NCBI GenBank assembly: GCA_944384535.1
Contig: CALWTS010000041.1
Location: forward strand, 10,399-74,398
Direction: 5' to 3'
Source: an uncultured Clostridia bacterium
GTDB lineage: Bacteria > Bacillota > Clostridia > Christensenellales > UBA1242
DNA length: 64,000 nt
Under the pieces are notes generated by a model, which saw only the letters and a program-made list of their open reading frames with translations, was not told the DNA's origin and made no database searches. The position numbers were made by a program, and so were the translations under genes. Within the stretch, counting starts at the first letter, position 1. The number at the start of each line of letters is the position of its first letter. This document shows, piece after piece, positions 47,136-57,555 of this stretch.

Positions 47136-49412
47136 ATGTTGTCTTTGTTAAATAATATTGATAGCTCTATCAAAACATTTTTAAACCAGCTTTTTGAATC
47201 CCTAGGAGTTGTTGGTTTTTTATGTATTATCCTTGGAATAGAAGTCTTATTTATTGTATTGTTTAGTATAAAAACAGTATTTTCTTATGAAGCACGTTTA
47301 AAAAGAACATTAGATAAATTAAACAAATGGTTGTTTGTTAACAAAAAGATTGATGAAAGTAATATTACAGAATTTAATGCTTTGATTAAGAAGGGACCAA
47401 AACGTTTAACATACTATTGGCAACAATATATTCTTTATCGAGAGGGTACTCCTGCAGATTATTTAACTGAAGAAAATGTTATTGAGAAACCTTTAAAAAC
47501 AAGCAGTTGGAGTTCAAATATCACTACATTAACTATTTTGAGTTGTGTGTGGGCTGTAGTTAGTTTGATTTTTGGTTTTGCATCACAACCTACTCAAACT
47601 TTTACTGCACAAATTATTGCATATGCTTTAACATATCCTTTCTTAGTGTTAACACTTGCCGCAATTGCTATTCTTTTTATTAAAGGAAAGAGGGTAATTA
47701 ACTTAGATGATATTTATCATTTACATCATATATTTTCAAGATTTTTAACCAATGCTTGTGCAGAACTGACACCTTATTTAGATTTTGATTTATTATTTAC
47801 ACCAGAAGAGATAGAAAACGGAAACGCACAATTGCGAGAATATTATGAAGCAAGAGCAAGAAAGGCAAAACAAGAATTTGAAGATGCAAAACAAAAAGCA
47901 GTTAAAGACTCTGATTTTGATTTTGAAAAAGTTGGTGTTGATGGTTCTTTGTTGTTAAATAGAGCGATGAAAGAAAGTGAAACTTATATTAACAAAAAGA
48001 CAACAGCACTTGCACAAATAGCACAAGTTGAAGCGCAAAAAGAAGCTCTTCGAAGAAACTATGAAAATGTACAAATGGATCTTCAACGTAAAATTCAAGC
48101 ATCTAAAGAAAATATCCAAAAACTTATTGAACAACAGGCTGCAACAACAAGTAGAATTGAAGTAGGTTTACTCAAACAACAACAAGACAAAGAAGTAAGT
48201 AAACAAGCTTCATTACAAAGGGATTATGACCAAGAAGAAAGTAGATACAAGTCATCTAAAGAAGAACTTGATAAAGAAATTGATAAGTTAAATGTAGTTC
48301 TAAAAGAATGTTTAGATGAAGCAACTAGTGGAATGATGTCAGAATACAAATCTTTCTTTGAAAAGGTTATGCGTAGTGCTTATAAAGTTGCAGAAAGAAA
48401 AGTTATTGATGAAAAGAATGAACTTATAAAACAAAGAGATAAAAATGAAACTGAACTTATTAATGTTCAAACTCAAATAAAAAGATTAATGGACGAAAAT
48501 GTAACATTAAGGTCTAGATTAGACGAGGTAAATTCTAAATTACAAGAGTTCTCGCAAACGAAAGAGTCTGAACAACCTGAAGGAAATTATGATGAGAATG
48601 GCAACTTTGTTTATGCAGATGGTTCTTATCATGATGTAAATGGATTATTCCATGATGTAAATGGAAAAGTTTATGATTTAAATGGAGCTATTGTATCTCA
48701 GGAAGAAAATCCAGAGGAAGCTAAAAATAGAGAAGAAAAACAGATAGAACAGGAATCTATTAATCAGTTTGGAGATTATATTACAGAAGAAGAGTTGAAA
48801 AAAGATATTGTTGAAGAGCAGGATAATGTAATAAAAGATGAACTTAAACCTGAATATGTTGAGAAGAAAGATGATGATATTAGTTTAGAAAAATTAATAG
48901 AGAATGCTATTTCTCAAGATGAACAATCAACAACACAATCTAATAAAAAAGATAATACATCAAAAGAAAGCAAAAAACCTGCAAAGAAGAAAGCAACAAC
49001 AGAAGAACCAGAAAAGAAAAAAACAACTAGAAAAAAGAAAGAAAAAACGGTTGTCGAAGATGGTAAAAAAGATGAAAAGTTAACCAAACAAAAAAGTTCA
49101 CCTACAAAGAAAAGATCGCGTGCAAAAAAAAATGTAACAGAGAATTCATCTATTGACGAGATAAATAAACTCATCAATGAGGAAGAAGAAAAAATAAATT
49201 CTATTAAAGATTCTATTAATAGCAAAATCGATGAAGCTTTAAAGAATAATGATTTAGATAAAGAAAGAGATGATTTAACAAAATCAATTGAATCTCTTCA
49301 AGAGCAAGCAGAAAAGGCAAAAGCTAATGGCGAAAGTGAAGAAGTTTTAGCAGATATCAATAAAAAACTTGAAGAGTTGATAAAAAAACTAGGAGAATTA
49401 AACAACAAATAA
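47136..49412 (+). CDS. membrane-anchored long coiled-coil protein with Lys-rich segment (758 aa)
   Basis: Three or four hydrophobic helices in the first ~185 aa, then heptad-rich Glu/Lys/Gln sequence and a KKPAKKKATTEEPEKKKTTRKKKEK stretch. GGGGAG RBS. Confidence 0.7.
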   Translation: MLSLLNNIDSSIKTFLNQLFESLGVVGFLCIILGIEVLFIVLFSIKTVFSYEARLKRTLDKLNKWLFVNKKIDESNITEFNALIKKGPKRLTYYWQQYILYREGTPADYLTEENVIEKPLKTSSWSSNITTLTILSCVWAVVSLIFGFASQPTQTFTAQIIAYALTYPFLVLTLAAIAILFIKGKRVINLDDIYHLHHIFSRFLTNACAELTPYLDFDLLFTPEEIENGNAQLREYYEARARKAKQEFEDAKQKAVKDSDFDFEKVGVDGSLLLNRAMKESETYINKKTTALAQIAQVEAQKEALRRNYENVQMDLQRKIQASKENIQKLIEQQAATTSRIEVGLLKQQQDKEVSKQASLQRDYDQEESRYKSSKEELDKEIDKLNVVLKECLDEATSGMMSEYKSFFEKVMRSAYKVAERKVIDEKNELIKQRDKNETELINVQTQIKRLMDENVTLRSRLDEVNSKLQEFSQTKESEQPEGNYDENGNFVYADGSYHDVNGLFHDVNGKVYDLNGAIVSQEENPEEAKNREEKQIEQESINQFGDYITEEELKKDIVEEQDNVIKDELKPEYVEKKDDDISLEKLIENAISQDEQSTTQSNKKDNTSKESKKPAKKKATTEEPEKKKTTRKKKEKTVVEDGKKDEKLTKQKSSPTKKRSRAKKNVTENSSIDEINKLINEEEEKINSIKDSINSKIDEALKNNDLDKERDDLTKSIESLQEQAEKAKANGESEEVLADINKKLEELIKKLGELNNK

Positions 49413-49437
49413 TAGTTAGAAATTTAAAATTATCAAA

Positions 49438-49476
49438 AAAAGAAACTTTAGAAAATGAAAAGTTTCTTTTTTTTCT
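49438..49476 (+). terminator. rho-independent terminator
   Basis: AAGAAACTTT - loop - AAAGTTTCTT followed by a T-run. Confidence 0.7.
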
Positions 49477-49559
49477 TTTATGGTAAATTTAACTCTATTT
49501 TTTTTTATTAATGTATAATCATTTGTTTTTTTTACAAACTAGGATAAAAGGAGTTTAGT

Positions 49560-50201
49560 ATGTTAAGATTTTTATATTTATTTATGATTTTACCTATTTT
49601 ATTTTGTTCTCAAGCTAATTTAACAGTGGATCTATTTAATGAGGTTAAAGATATTGAATATTATAAAGATGGTCAAATAATAGAATTAAGTGAAGAAGAA
49701 CAAGCACGATTTGAAGAATTATTTTGTGAAGCTCTTTCAGATGCTCAACAGGCACCTGCGTATGGAGTAAGTTTACATGAAAATGTTGTTGAACAAATGA
49801 AAGAAGGAATATGGATTAAATTTATATTTGAAGAAACTTTAGTTAAATCAGATATGACTTTTGATGAACTTTTAATTAATGTTCAAAAAGATTGTTATGG
49901 GATTAATATTATTAGGGGAAATAATGGAAAGTACGAAGGAAGATGTTATTATTTAAATTTAAAAAATTCTCTAGATAATGTATATGATTTTATAGATAAT
50001 GTGTATTGCAAAAATACCATGATGGAAGTTGAGTTGGAAAGTCAAAATATAGAAAAATTTAAAATCGTTGAAAAAGATACTTTAGATGAAGATAATGAAA
50101 ATACTAATAATAGTGGAAGAGTTATTAATCAAAATCCTATTGATGAAGAAGATGGGGAGAAGAACAAAGCAAGTCAAGAACTTTTAAAACATTTATGTTA
50201 A
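49560..50201 (+). CDS. secreted hypothetical protein (213 aa)
   Basis: N-terminal signal-like MLRFLYLFMILPILFCSQA. AAAGGAG RBS. Confidence 0.65.
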   Translation: MLRFLYLFMILPILFCSQANLTVDLFNEVKDIEYYKDGQIIELSEEEQARFEELFCEALSDAQQAPAYGVSLHENVVEQMKEGIWIKFIFEETLVKSDMTFDELLINVQKDCYGINIIRGNNGKYEGRCYYLNLKNSLDNVYDFIDNVYCKNTMMEVELESQNIEKFKIVEKDTLDEDNENTNNSGRVINQNPIDEEDGEKNKASQELLKHLC

Positions 50202-50277
50202 AAACAAAAAAAATTAAGTAAAAATTTGTGTGCTTTATTATAATATGATATACTATCATGTGTGAGGTAATAAAGAA

Positions 50278-52548
50278 ATGGAACAAGATGATAAATTAAA
50301 AGAAATATACGATGGTTGGTGTGGTTTTAAGGGAGAAAAGTGGAAGAAAGAAATAAATGTTTCTGATTTTATTGATAATAATTTTACAGAGTATAAAGGA
50401 GATGATACTTTTCTTTCAGAAAAGAGTAAAAAAACTTCAAAAGTTTGGAATAAATGTGAAAAATTATTGGCAATAGAAAGAAAAAAAAGATTATTAGATG
50501 TTGATTTGACAAGAATCTCTGGTATAAATAATTTCCCCGCAGGATATATTGATAAAGCAAATGAAGTTATTTTTGGGTTACAATCAGACAAACCGCTAAA
50601 AAGGATTATTAATCCATTTGGTGGAATAAGGATGGTAAAAAACGCTTTAGATGCATACAACAAGAAAATGGATATTAAAAATGAAACTGTTTTTGATTTA
50701 ATGATTAGAAAAACTCATAATGATGGGGTTTTTGATGCCTATACTCCCGATATACGTAAAGCAAGAAGAAATGGCTTAATTACAGGATTGCCTGATGCAT
50801 ATGGAAGAGGTAGAATTATAGGAGATTATCGTAGGGTAGCTTTATACGGAATTGATTATTTAATCGAACAAAAACAGAAGGATTTGCTGTCTCCAGAAAT
50901 GTTAAGCATAGATAGTGAAGAAAAAATTAGGTTAAGAGAAGAAATTAATGAACAAATTAGAGCTTTAATAAAAATAAAAGACATGGCTAAAACTTATGGA
51001 TTTGATATTTCATTTCCAGCAGTAAATTCAACTCAAGCTTTTCAATGGACATATTTTGGTTATTTAGCATCAGTTAAAGAAAATAATGGTGCAGCAATGA
51101 GTTTAGGAAGAGTTTCTACTTTTTTAGATATTTATTTAGAAAGAGATTTATCTAAGGGGGTTATAAATGAAATGCAAGCACAAGAGCTGGTAGATCAGTT
51201 TATAATAAAACTTAGATTGGTTAGACATTTAAGAACTCCTGATTATGATGAAATTTTTGCGGGTGATCCTACTTGGGTTACTGAAAGTATTGGTGGGATG
51301 CTTAATGAAAAGAAAAGTTTAGTTACTAAAAATTCATTTAGATTTTTACATAGTTTAATAAATTTAAATCCATCACCAGAACCTAATTTAACTGTTTTGT
51401 GGTCCACAAAACTTCCATCAAATTTTAAAAAATACTGTGCAAAAATTTCAATTTTAACAGATAGTATACAATATGAAAGCGATGATGTTATGAGACCTAT
51501 ATATGGACATGACTATGCTATTGCTTGTTGTGTTTCCGCAATGAAAATAGGAAAACAAATGCAATTTTTTGGTGCAAGATGTAATCTAGCAAAATCTTTA
51601 CTTTATTCTTTGAATGAAGGAAAAGATGAGAAGAGTGGTGATTTGGTTGTTAATGGAATTCCAAAAATAACTGATGAAGTTTTAAATTATACAAAAGTAA
51701 AAAAAGCATACTTTGATGTTTTAACGAAAGTAGCTAAAACATATATTGATGCTTTAAACATTATTCATTTTATGCATGATAAGTATGCATATGAGGCTGG
51801 TCAAATGGCTTTGCATGACACCATTATTGAGAGAATGATGGCTTTTGGAGTGGCTGGGCTTTCGGTTGCAACAGACTCTCTTTCTGCAATTAAGTATGCA
51901 AAAGTTACACCTATAAGAAACGAAAATGGAATTGCTATTGATTTTAAAATAGATGGTGATTTTCCTAAATTTGGAAACGATGATGATAGAGTTGATAGTA
52001 TTGCGGTTGAGATAGTTAAACATTTTGTTACTGCATTGAAGAAACATAAACTATATAGAAATGCAAAGCATACCTTATCTGTATTAACGATAACTTCCAA
52101 TGTTATGTATGGAAAGAAAACAGGAAACACTCCTGATGGAAGAAAAGCTGGTTGCCCTTTTGCCCCAGGAGCAAATCCAATGCATGGACGAGATAATCAT
52201 GGTGCATTAGCTTCTCTTAACTCTGTTGCAAAGATTCCTTATTGTGATTGTTGTCAAGATGGTGTATCAAATACTTTTTCTATTGTTCCAAATGCATTAG
52301 GACATGAAGATAGTGTTAGAATTAAAAATTTAGTAAGTATTTTAGATGGATATTTTAAACAAGGTGCACAACATATCAATGTTAATGTTCTTGATAGAGA
52401 AAAATTAATTGATGCTATGAATAATCCAGACAAGTACCCTAATCTTACAATAAGAGTCTCTGGCTATGCGGTGAATTTTAATAAATTATCGCGTGCTCAT
52501 CAAGAAGAGGTTATCGCGAGGACATTTCATGAAAAGATAGGAAATTAA
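50278..52548 (+). CDS. pflB: formate C-acetyltransferase (pyruvate formate-lyase)
   Basis: 756 aa. Active-site IACCVSAMK and glycyl-radical motif [11 protein letters not shown]. Confidence 0.95.
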   Translation: MEQDDKLKEIYDGWCGFKGEKWKKEINVSDFIDNNFTEYKGDDTFLSEKSKKTSKVWNKCEKLLAIERKKRLLDVDLTRISGINNFPAGYIDKANEVIFGLQSDKPLKRIINPFGGIRMVKNALDAYNKKMDIKNETVFDLMIRKTHNDGVFDAYTPDIRKARRNGLITGLPDAYGRGRIIGDYRRVALYGIDYLIEQKQKDLLSPEMLSIDSEEKIRLREEINEQIRALIKIKDMAKTYGFDISFPAVNSTQAFQWTYFGYLASVKENNGAAMSLGRVSTFLDIYLERDLSKGVINEMQAQELVDQFIIKLRLVRHLRTPDYDEIFAGDPTWVTESIGGMLNEKKSLVTKNSFRFLHSLINLNPSPEPNLTVLWSTKLPSNFKKYCAKISILTDSIQYESDDVMRPIYGHDYAIACCVSAMKIGKQMQFFGARCNLAKSLLYSLNEGKDEKSGDLVVNGIPKITDEVLNYTKVKKAYFDVLTKVAKTYIDALNIIHFMHDKYAYEAGQMALHDTIIERMMAFGVAGLSVATDSLSAIKYAKVTPIRNENGIAIDFKIDGDFPKFGNDDDRVDSIAVEIVKHFVTALKKHKLYRNAKHTLSVLTITSNVMYGKKTGNTPDGRKAGCPFAPGANPMHGRDNHGALASLNSVAKIPYCDCCQDGVSNTFSIVPNALGHEDSVRIKNLVSILDGYFKQGAQHINVNVLDREKLIDAMNNPDKYPNLTIRVSGYAVNFNKLSRAHQEEVIARTFHEKIGN

Positions 52549-52565
52549 TTATTTGGAAAACGATT

Positions 52566-53279
52566 ATGGGTAATGTAAAGGGAAATATAAGCAGTGTAGA
52601 AAGCATGGGATTAGTTGATGGTCCCGGAATTAGATATGTAGTTTTCTTGCAAGGTTGCGAGTTAAGATGTTTGTATTGTCATAATCCTGAAACATGGGAA
52701 AGAAATAAAAAGAAAAATTTAATAACTCCTAAAAAATTAATAGAGCAAGTTAAAAAGTATAAAAATTATTTTGGAGAAGATGGTGGTATAACTTTTTCTG
52801 GAGGGGAACCTCTTCTTCAGCCTACTTTTTTATTAGAATGTTTAAAGCTTTGTAAAAAAGAAAATATTCATACAGCATTAGATACAGCAGGTGTGGGTTT
52901 TGGCAATTATGAAGAAATATTAGATTATACTGACTTAGTAATATTGGACATAAAAGCTGTTAAAGAAAAAGATTATGAAAAAATCACCGGACAAAAAATG
53001 ATGAGATTTAAAGAATTTTTAAAAATTTGTCAAAAGAAAAGAAAACCATTATGGATAAGACAGGTTATTGTACCAGGAATGAATGATAATAATGAAAATA
53101 TTAAAAATTTAAAAAATTTTATAGCTAAAATTAAATATGTTGAAAAAGTTGAATTGCTTCCATATAAAACAGTAGGTACTCATAAATATAATGAACTTGG
53201 TCTTAAATATAGACTTGAAGGAATTAGCGATATGGATGAAAAAAGATGTAAAGATCTTGAAAATATTTTAAAAGAGTAA
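52566..53279 (+). CDS. pflA: pyruvate formate-lyase activating enzyme (radical SAM)
   Basis: VDGPGIRYVVFLQGCELRCLYCHNPETW. Confidence 0.93.
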   Translation: MGNVKGNISSVESMGLVDGPGIRYVVFLQGCELRCLYCHNPETWERNKKKNLITPKKLIEQVKKYKNYFGEDGGITFSGGEPLLQPTFLLECLKLCKKENIHTALDTAGVGFGNYEEILDYTDLVILDIKAVKEKDYEKITGQKMMRFKEFLKICQKKRKPLWIRQVIVPGMNDNNENIKNLKNFIAKIKYVEKVELLPYKTVGTHKYNELGLKYRLEGISDMDEKRCKDLENILKE

Positions 53280-53304
53280 AAGATAAAATTTTTACTCTTT
53301 TTTA
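53273..53304 (+). terminator. rho-independent terminator of pflBA
   Basis: AGAGTAAAA - loop - TTTTACTCT followed by a T-run. Confidence 0.65.
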
Positions 53305-53307
53305 TTA

Positions 53308-53333
53308 ATAAAAAAAGATGCATAAAGCATCTT
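53308..53333 (-). terminator. rho-independent terminator of tRNA(CAU)
   Basis: On the minus strand: AAGATGC - loop - GCATCTT followed by a T-run. Confidence 0.6.
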
Positions 53334-53335
53334 GT

Positions 53336-53412
53336 TGGTAGCAGCAACTGGGATTGAACCAGTGACCTCAAGAGTATGAATCTTGCGCTCTAGCCAGCTG
53401 AGCTATGCTGCC
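53336..53412 (-). tRNA. tRNA with CAU anticodon (elongator Met, or Ile2 if lysidine-modified), CCA encoded
   Basis: GGCAGCATAGCTCAGCTGGCTAGAGCGCAAGATTCATACTCTTGAGGTCACTGGTTCAATCCCAGTTGCTGCTACCA. Cloverleaf folds with a G1-U72 wobble. It lacks the three G-C pairs of an initiator anticodon stem. Minus-strand promoter TTGACA (53450-53455) - 17 - TATACT (53427-53432). Confidence 0.88.
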
Positions 53413-53573
53413 ATAATCACTTAAAGAGTATAATAAAATTCTTTTATTTTGTCAAGAGAAAAATAAAAATAAGATTGATTTTTAATATTAATTCTTTATT
53501 AAATTATATAATTGCAAAATTATTTTGAATTTTTATAAAAAACAAATATAATATGAATTATGAGGAGAAAATT

Positions 53574-53996
53574 ATGTTGTATGATGAAATAAAAAAAGCT
53601 AACATTCAAGCAATGAAAGATAAGGATACGATAGCTAGAAGTTTTTATAGTGTTGTTCTAAATAAAATTATGTTAGAAAACATAAAGAAAAGAGAAAAAG
53701 GCGGAGAGGTTGATGATGCTGACATTTCTAATATTTTACAAAAAACTATAAAAGAATTAGAAGAAGAAAAAGAAAACTATAAAAAAGTAGGAAACATTCA
53801 AGAAGAAAATATTATCTTAACACAAATTGAATTAGCAAAAAAATATTTACCAAAGATGTTGACAGAAGAAGAAATAAAAGAAATAATCAAACAATTACCA
53901 GATAAATCTATTCCTTTTGTAATGAAATATTTTAAGCAAAATTTTAATGGAAAGTGCGATATGAAAACTGTTCAAGAGGTATTAAAAAAATTATAG
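53574..53996 (+). CDS. GatB/YqeY domain protein
   Basis: MLYDEIKKANIQAMKDKD... matches the YqeY pattern. GAGGAG RBS. The track starts 7 codons earlier. Confidence 0.8.
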   Translation: MLYDEIKKANIQAMKDKDTIARSFYSVVLNKIMLENIKKREKGGEVDDADISNILQKTIKELEEEKENYKKVGNIQEENIILTQIELAKKYLPKMLTEEEIKEIIKQLPDKSIPFVMKYFKQNFNGKCDMKTVQEVLKKL

Positions 53997-53997
53997 T

Positions 53998-54699
53998 ATG
54001 AAAATATTTGCTATAAGTGATCTCCATTTATCTGTAAACAATCCAAAACCTATGGATATTTTTGGTCCAGTTTGGGATGGGTATTTAGAAAAAATATTTT
54101 TTCAGTGGAAAAATATTGTAAGTGAAGATGATATTGTATTACTTGCTGGTGATTTTTCGTGGGCAATGAAATTAAATGATGCAATTAAAGATTTTGATTT
54201 ATTGAAAAATTTGCCAGGAAGAAAAGTTATAATAAAAGGCAATCATGATTTTTGGTGGAGCTCAATTTCAAATTTAAGAAATAAACTCCCTAATGGGTTT
54301 TTCGCTATACAAAATGATGCGATAAAGTTTAACAATGTTATAATTTGTGGAACAAGAGGTTGGCAGGTAGTTGAAAATGGAATAGAAAGAAGTGCTGAAG
54401 ATGAGAAAATTTATAATCGAGAAATTTTAAGACTTGAAATGAGTTTACAACAAGCAGAAAAATTAAAACAGGATAATGAAAAGATAATCTGTATGATGCA
54501 TTTTCCACCATTTAATTTTGCTAAAGATGATAGCGATTTTACAACGTTAATTGAAAAATATAAGGTTGATAAAGTTGTGTACGGTCATGTTCATGGTATA
54601 AAAAAAATAGAAAATAGAATCAAAAAAAATGGAATAGAATATTTTTTAACTTCTTGTGATGTTTTAAACAATAATCTTATATTGGTTTGTGAAGTTTAA
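53998..54699 (+). CDS. calcineurin-like metallophosphoesterase
   Basis: SDLHL, GDFSW, GNHDFWW, HFPP and GHVHG metal-ligand motifs. Confidence 0.85.
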   Translation: MKIFAISDLHLSVNNPKPMDIFGPVWDGYLEKIFFQWKNIVSEDDIVLLAGDFSWAMKLNDAIKDFDLLKNLPGRKVIIKGNHDFWWSSISNLRNKLPNGFFAIQNDAIKFNNVIICGTRGWQVVENGIERSAEDEKIYNREILRLEMSLQQAEKLKQDNEKIICMMHFPPFNFAKDDSDFTTLIEKYKVDKVVYGHVHGIKKIENRIKKNGIEYFLTSCDVLNNNLILVCEV

Positions 54700-54810
54700 A
54701 AAAAATAATAAAAGTTAATAATTGTAGTAATATAAATTTTTGATTAACTTATTGTTTGACAAAATCTTTTTTATGTTGTAAAATTTACCAGTAGTTAGTT
54801 TGGAGTTATA

Positions 54811-56163
54811 ATGAAAAAAAATATTTTTAAATTTTTATCAATAATATTTTGTATTGCGTTCTTTTTGACAGGATGTGCTACAGTGAGTAATGTATATAAT
54901 AAAGATGGAAGTTCTATATATTTTGACGACATTCAATATTTTCAAGGACAAGTTGTACAAATAGGGGACTATCTTTATTATGGCAATGGATATACATCTT
55001 CTGATTCTGATGATTTTGATTATAATTTATCAGCTCAAACAGGGTATCTTGCAAGAATTAATGTTTCAGACTATTTAAGTTTTGATGAAGATGTTTCTGA
55101 AGAATTAAAATCAAGTACATCACCTAATGGTGTTGAAAAGGTAAATGATAAATTAATTGGTTATCAAAATCAAGAAATGTTTGTTTTAGGTGAATACATT
55201 TATTTTACATCTGCAAACACACACAAAACAAGTACTTTAGAAAACGATTATACGCAAGTTTCTCTTTTTAGAGTTAAATTCAATGGTGATGGATTTGAAG
55301 AATTTGGCACCTTTAGAAATGATGAAAACTCAATAAGAACAGTACAAAAAGGAAGTGATGGTAGTTATTATTATATTATCTATTCTAAAACTAATGAAGA
55401 TGATGTATATAATTTATATTCAATTAAAATAGGAAATCAATTAGGAGATATTGTTACTTTAGCAGAAGATGTAGAATCAGTTGCTATTTGTGATAAAAAC
55501 TCAACGATAAGAAACATAATTTATTCTACAGATTCTGATAGAAGTGGTCATACTACTGACTGTGTTAAGTCTGTTGATTTTGCTACTGGAGAAATAAAAA
55601 ACTTGGATTCTGGTGTAACTGACACAACTTTAACATTTGTTGGAAGAGTTGCTGATATAGTATTCTATTCATATACTAACGATTATAAAGCAACAGAAGT
55701 ATATTACAAGGATTTAGTTAATAGTGATAATTATTTCAATCCTACAAAGTCAAATAAATTTTATAATGCAACTTCAATAAAAAATATTCAGGCAGTAGGA
55801 AGTGGGTACATGTTTATTTCAACTACAAGTAGTTCGTTGATGTATAAAACATTAGGATCAGAAGATGCAACACTTCTAGTTAAATCTGAAAATTATTCTG
55901 ATGTTTTGTTTATAGATGGTGATTATATATATTTTTCTAATAGCACAACTATAAGCAGAATAAATGTTATCGATTTTAATAAACAAGATTTAGTAAGCAT
56001 GACCAGTATCATTTCTGGACAATGTGGATATACTGGAGAATATATTTATTTTTATGCTCAACTTGAAGAAAAAGATGAAGATGCAAAAGAAGATGATACC
56101 AATTATTACATGTATAGGACTGATAAAGAGGGAAATTATCAGTTAATAGCAAAAACAAAATAA
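54811..56163 (+). CDS. lipoprotein with repeated G(D/E)YIY(F/Y) motifs (DUF5050-like beta-propeller?)
   Basis: Lipobox LTGC. Motifs GDYLYYGN, GEYIYFTS, GDYIYFSN and GEYIYFYA. Confidence 0.7.
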   Translation: MKKNIFKFLSIIFCIAFFLTGCATVSNVYNKDGSSIYFDDIQYFQGQVVQIGDYLYYGNGYTSSDSDDFDYNLSAQTGYLARINVSDYLSFDEDVSEELKSSTSPNGVEKVNDKLIGYQNQEMFVLGEYIYFTSANTHKTSTLENDYTQVSLFRVKFNGDGFEEFGTFRNDENSIRTVQKGSDGSYYYIIYSKTNEDDVYNLYSIKIGNQLGDIVTLAEDVESVAICDKNSTIRNIIYSTDSDRSGHTTDCVKSVDFATGEIKNLDSGVTDTTLTFVGRVADIVFYSYTNDYKATEVYYKDLVNSDNYFNPTKSNKFYNATSIKNIQAVGSGYMFISTTSSSLMYKTLGSEDATLLVKSENYSDVLFIDGDYIYFSNSTTISRINVIDFNKQDLVSMTSIISGQCGYTGEYIYFYAQLEEKDEDAKEDDTNYYMYRTDKEGNYQLIAKTK

Positions 56164-56190
56164 AAGAGAAAGTTCTCTTTTATTTTTTTA
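56163..56190 (+). terminator. rho-independent terminator
   Basis: AAAGAGAA - loop - TTCTCTTT followed by a T-run. Confidence 0.65.
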
Positions 56191-56373
56191 TACGACAAAA
56201 TTGTAAAAATTTTATATTATTTTTAAATAATCTATAATTTTATAATTTAACAAAAAACGACATTATAAGACAATAGTCGCCATAATTTGCCGCTTGTATT
56301 GTTTTATTTTGTAAAAAAAAAGTGCTATCTTTAAAATGTCCAAAAAATGGAGTGAAAGAAGGAGATAGTTAAT

Positions 56374-57120
56374 ATGGAAAACAATAAAAAGATAAAAATA
56401 ATAATCGCAGATTCTGAAGATGATTCACTTGTTAAGTATTTTTCGAATAAAAGTGAGTTTGATGTTAAAGGATATTGTAGTAATGGAATTGAATTAGTTA
56501 ATATGGTTAAAGAACAAAATCCCGACTTTTTAGTTATGGAAGTTTTTTTAGCAGGAATGGATGGTTTTATGGTACTTGAGAAATTAAAGGAAGAAAGAAT
56601 AAAATTACCAAAAATAATTTTTGTTTCAAATTTATCCCATAGTGGATTTGTATCAAAAGCAATAAAAGAGGGTGCTAGTTATTTTATGGTAAAACCTATT
56701 ATGCCACAAAATTTAGAGGATAGAATTAAAGATTTATCGATGACAAAAGATGAAACTGTTGAAAATAAAATTGAAAAACAACTTGATGAAAAAATATCAA
56801 ATATTTTTATAAGTATTGGTATTCCTGCACATATCAAAGGATATCAATTTCTTAGAGAGGCTGTAAAACTTGCGGTAGAAGAACCTGAAATTATTGGTTC
56901 TATAACTAAAAAGTTATATCCAACAATAGCTGAAAAATTTGAAACAAGTTCTTCAAAAGTTGAAAGAGGAATGAGGCACGCAATAGAAGTTGCATGGAAT
57001 AGAGGAAAAATTGAAAATATTAATTCATTATTTGGTCTGAAGATTTATAGCAGTAATGAAAAACCAACCAATGGAGAATTAATTGCACTAATTGCAGATA
57101 AAATGTTAATGGAAGGTTGA
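56374..57120 (+). CDS. spo0A: Spo0A-type response regulator (receiver plus Spo0A_C domain) with atypical receiver
   Basis: C-terminal IGIPAHIKGYQFLREAV...SKVERGMRHAIEVAWNRG...KPTNGELIALIADKM closely matches the Spo0A DNA-binding domain. Codon 56 (56539-56541) is GAA (Glu) where Asp is expected. Confidence 0.9.
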   Translation: MENNKKIKIIIADSEDDSLVKYFSNKSEFDVKGYCSNGIELVNMVKEQNPDFLVMEVFLAGMDGFMVLEKLKEERIKLPKIIFVSNLSHSGFVSKAIKEGASYFMVKPIMPQNLEDRIKDLSMTKDETVENKIEKQLDEKISNIFISIGIPAHIKGYQFLREAVKLAVEEPEIIGSITKKLYPTIAEKFETSSSKVERGMRHAIEVAWNRGKIENINSLFGLKIYSSNEKPTNGELIALIADKMLMEG

Positions 57121-57185
57121 TTTAGTTTTAAAAAATTTTAATTTATGATAACATATTTCAAAAATATAAAAATTGAGAGAGGAAT

Positions 57186-57533
57186 ATGTTAAAATTTTTA
57201 AATTTAAAAGAAAAAGATATGACTGTTGAACTAGCTCTTGCTATGATTGAAATTGAAATTGAAAATTCAAAGCTTCAGGATTATAGCTGTTTAAAAGTTC
57301 TTCATGGATATGGTTCTCATGGAAAAGGAGGGGCTATTCTTATTGCACTAAGAAATCAATTAAGAATTTGGAAAAAAACAGGAATGATTATTGATTATTT
57401 TAGTGGTGATAAATGGAATATTTTTGACAAAACTACACAAAAGATATTGTTAAAAGATAAAACAATATATAATGATGAAGATATAAATAAATCTAATCCA
57501 GGTATTACAATTATTGTTTTAAAAAAAGTCTAA
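57186..57533 (+). CDS. Smr-domain protein
   Basis: LKVLHGYGSHGKGGAI resembles the Smr HG.G.G core. GAGAGG RBS. Confidence 0.6.
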   Translation: MLKFLNLKEKDMTVELALAMIEIEIENSKLQDYSCLKVLHGYGSHGKGGAILIALRNQLRIWKKTGMIIDYFSGDKWNIFDKTTQKILLKDKTIYNDEDINKSNPGITIIVLKKV

Positions 57534-57550
57534 TCTAGACTTTTTTATTT
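57525..57550 (+). terminator. rho-independent terminator
   Basis: AAAGTCTA - atc - TAGACTTT followed by a T-run. Confidence 0.65.
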
Positions 57551-57555
57551 TAAGA

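Noticed and set aside
47136-49412. The TM base plus very long coiled-coil tail recalled ZorA-like (MotA-type) anti-phage components.
   Set aside because: No MotB/OmpA-like partner or other Zorya-type genes are adjacent, and I recognised no MotA/ExbB channel motifs. The downstream gene is an unrelated secreted protein.
50256-52130. Antisense ORFs within pflB: 50256-50663, 51754-52047 and 51801-52130.
   Set aside because: pflB is unambiguous (active-site CC and the glycyl-radical motif). The antisense frames have no recognisable features.
56193-56262. Two TGTCG cores (complement of 56193-56199 and 56258-62) upstream of spo0A, as possible 0A boxes for autoregulation.
   Set aside because: These are only partial matches to TGTCGAA, with 5-7 matching bases each. 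That is too weak to call without comparative or binding data.
57118-57120. Possibility of an alternative genetic code (TGA = Trp, as in Mollicutes), given the extreme AT content.
   Set aside because: TGA ends Spo0A exactly at its conserved C-terminus. Trp is encoded by TGG throughout, with many TGG codons in the giant ORF. All recognised proteins have normal lengths under the standard code.
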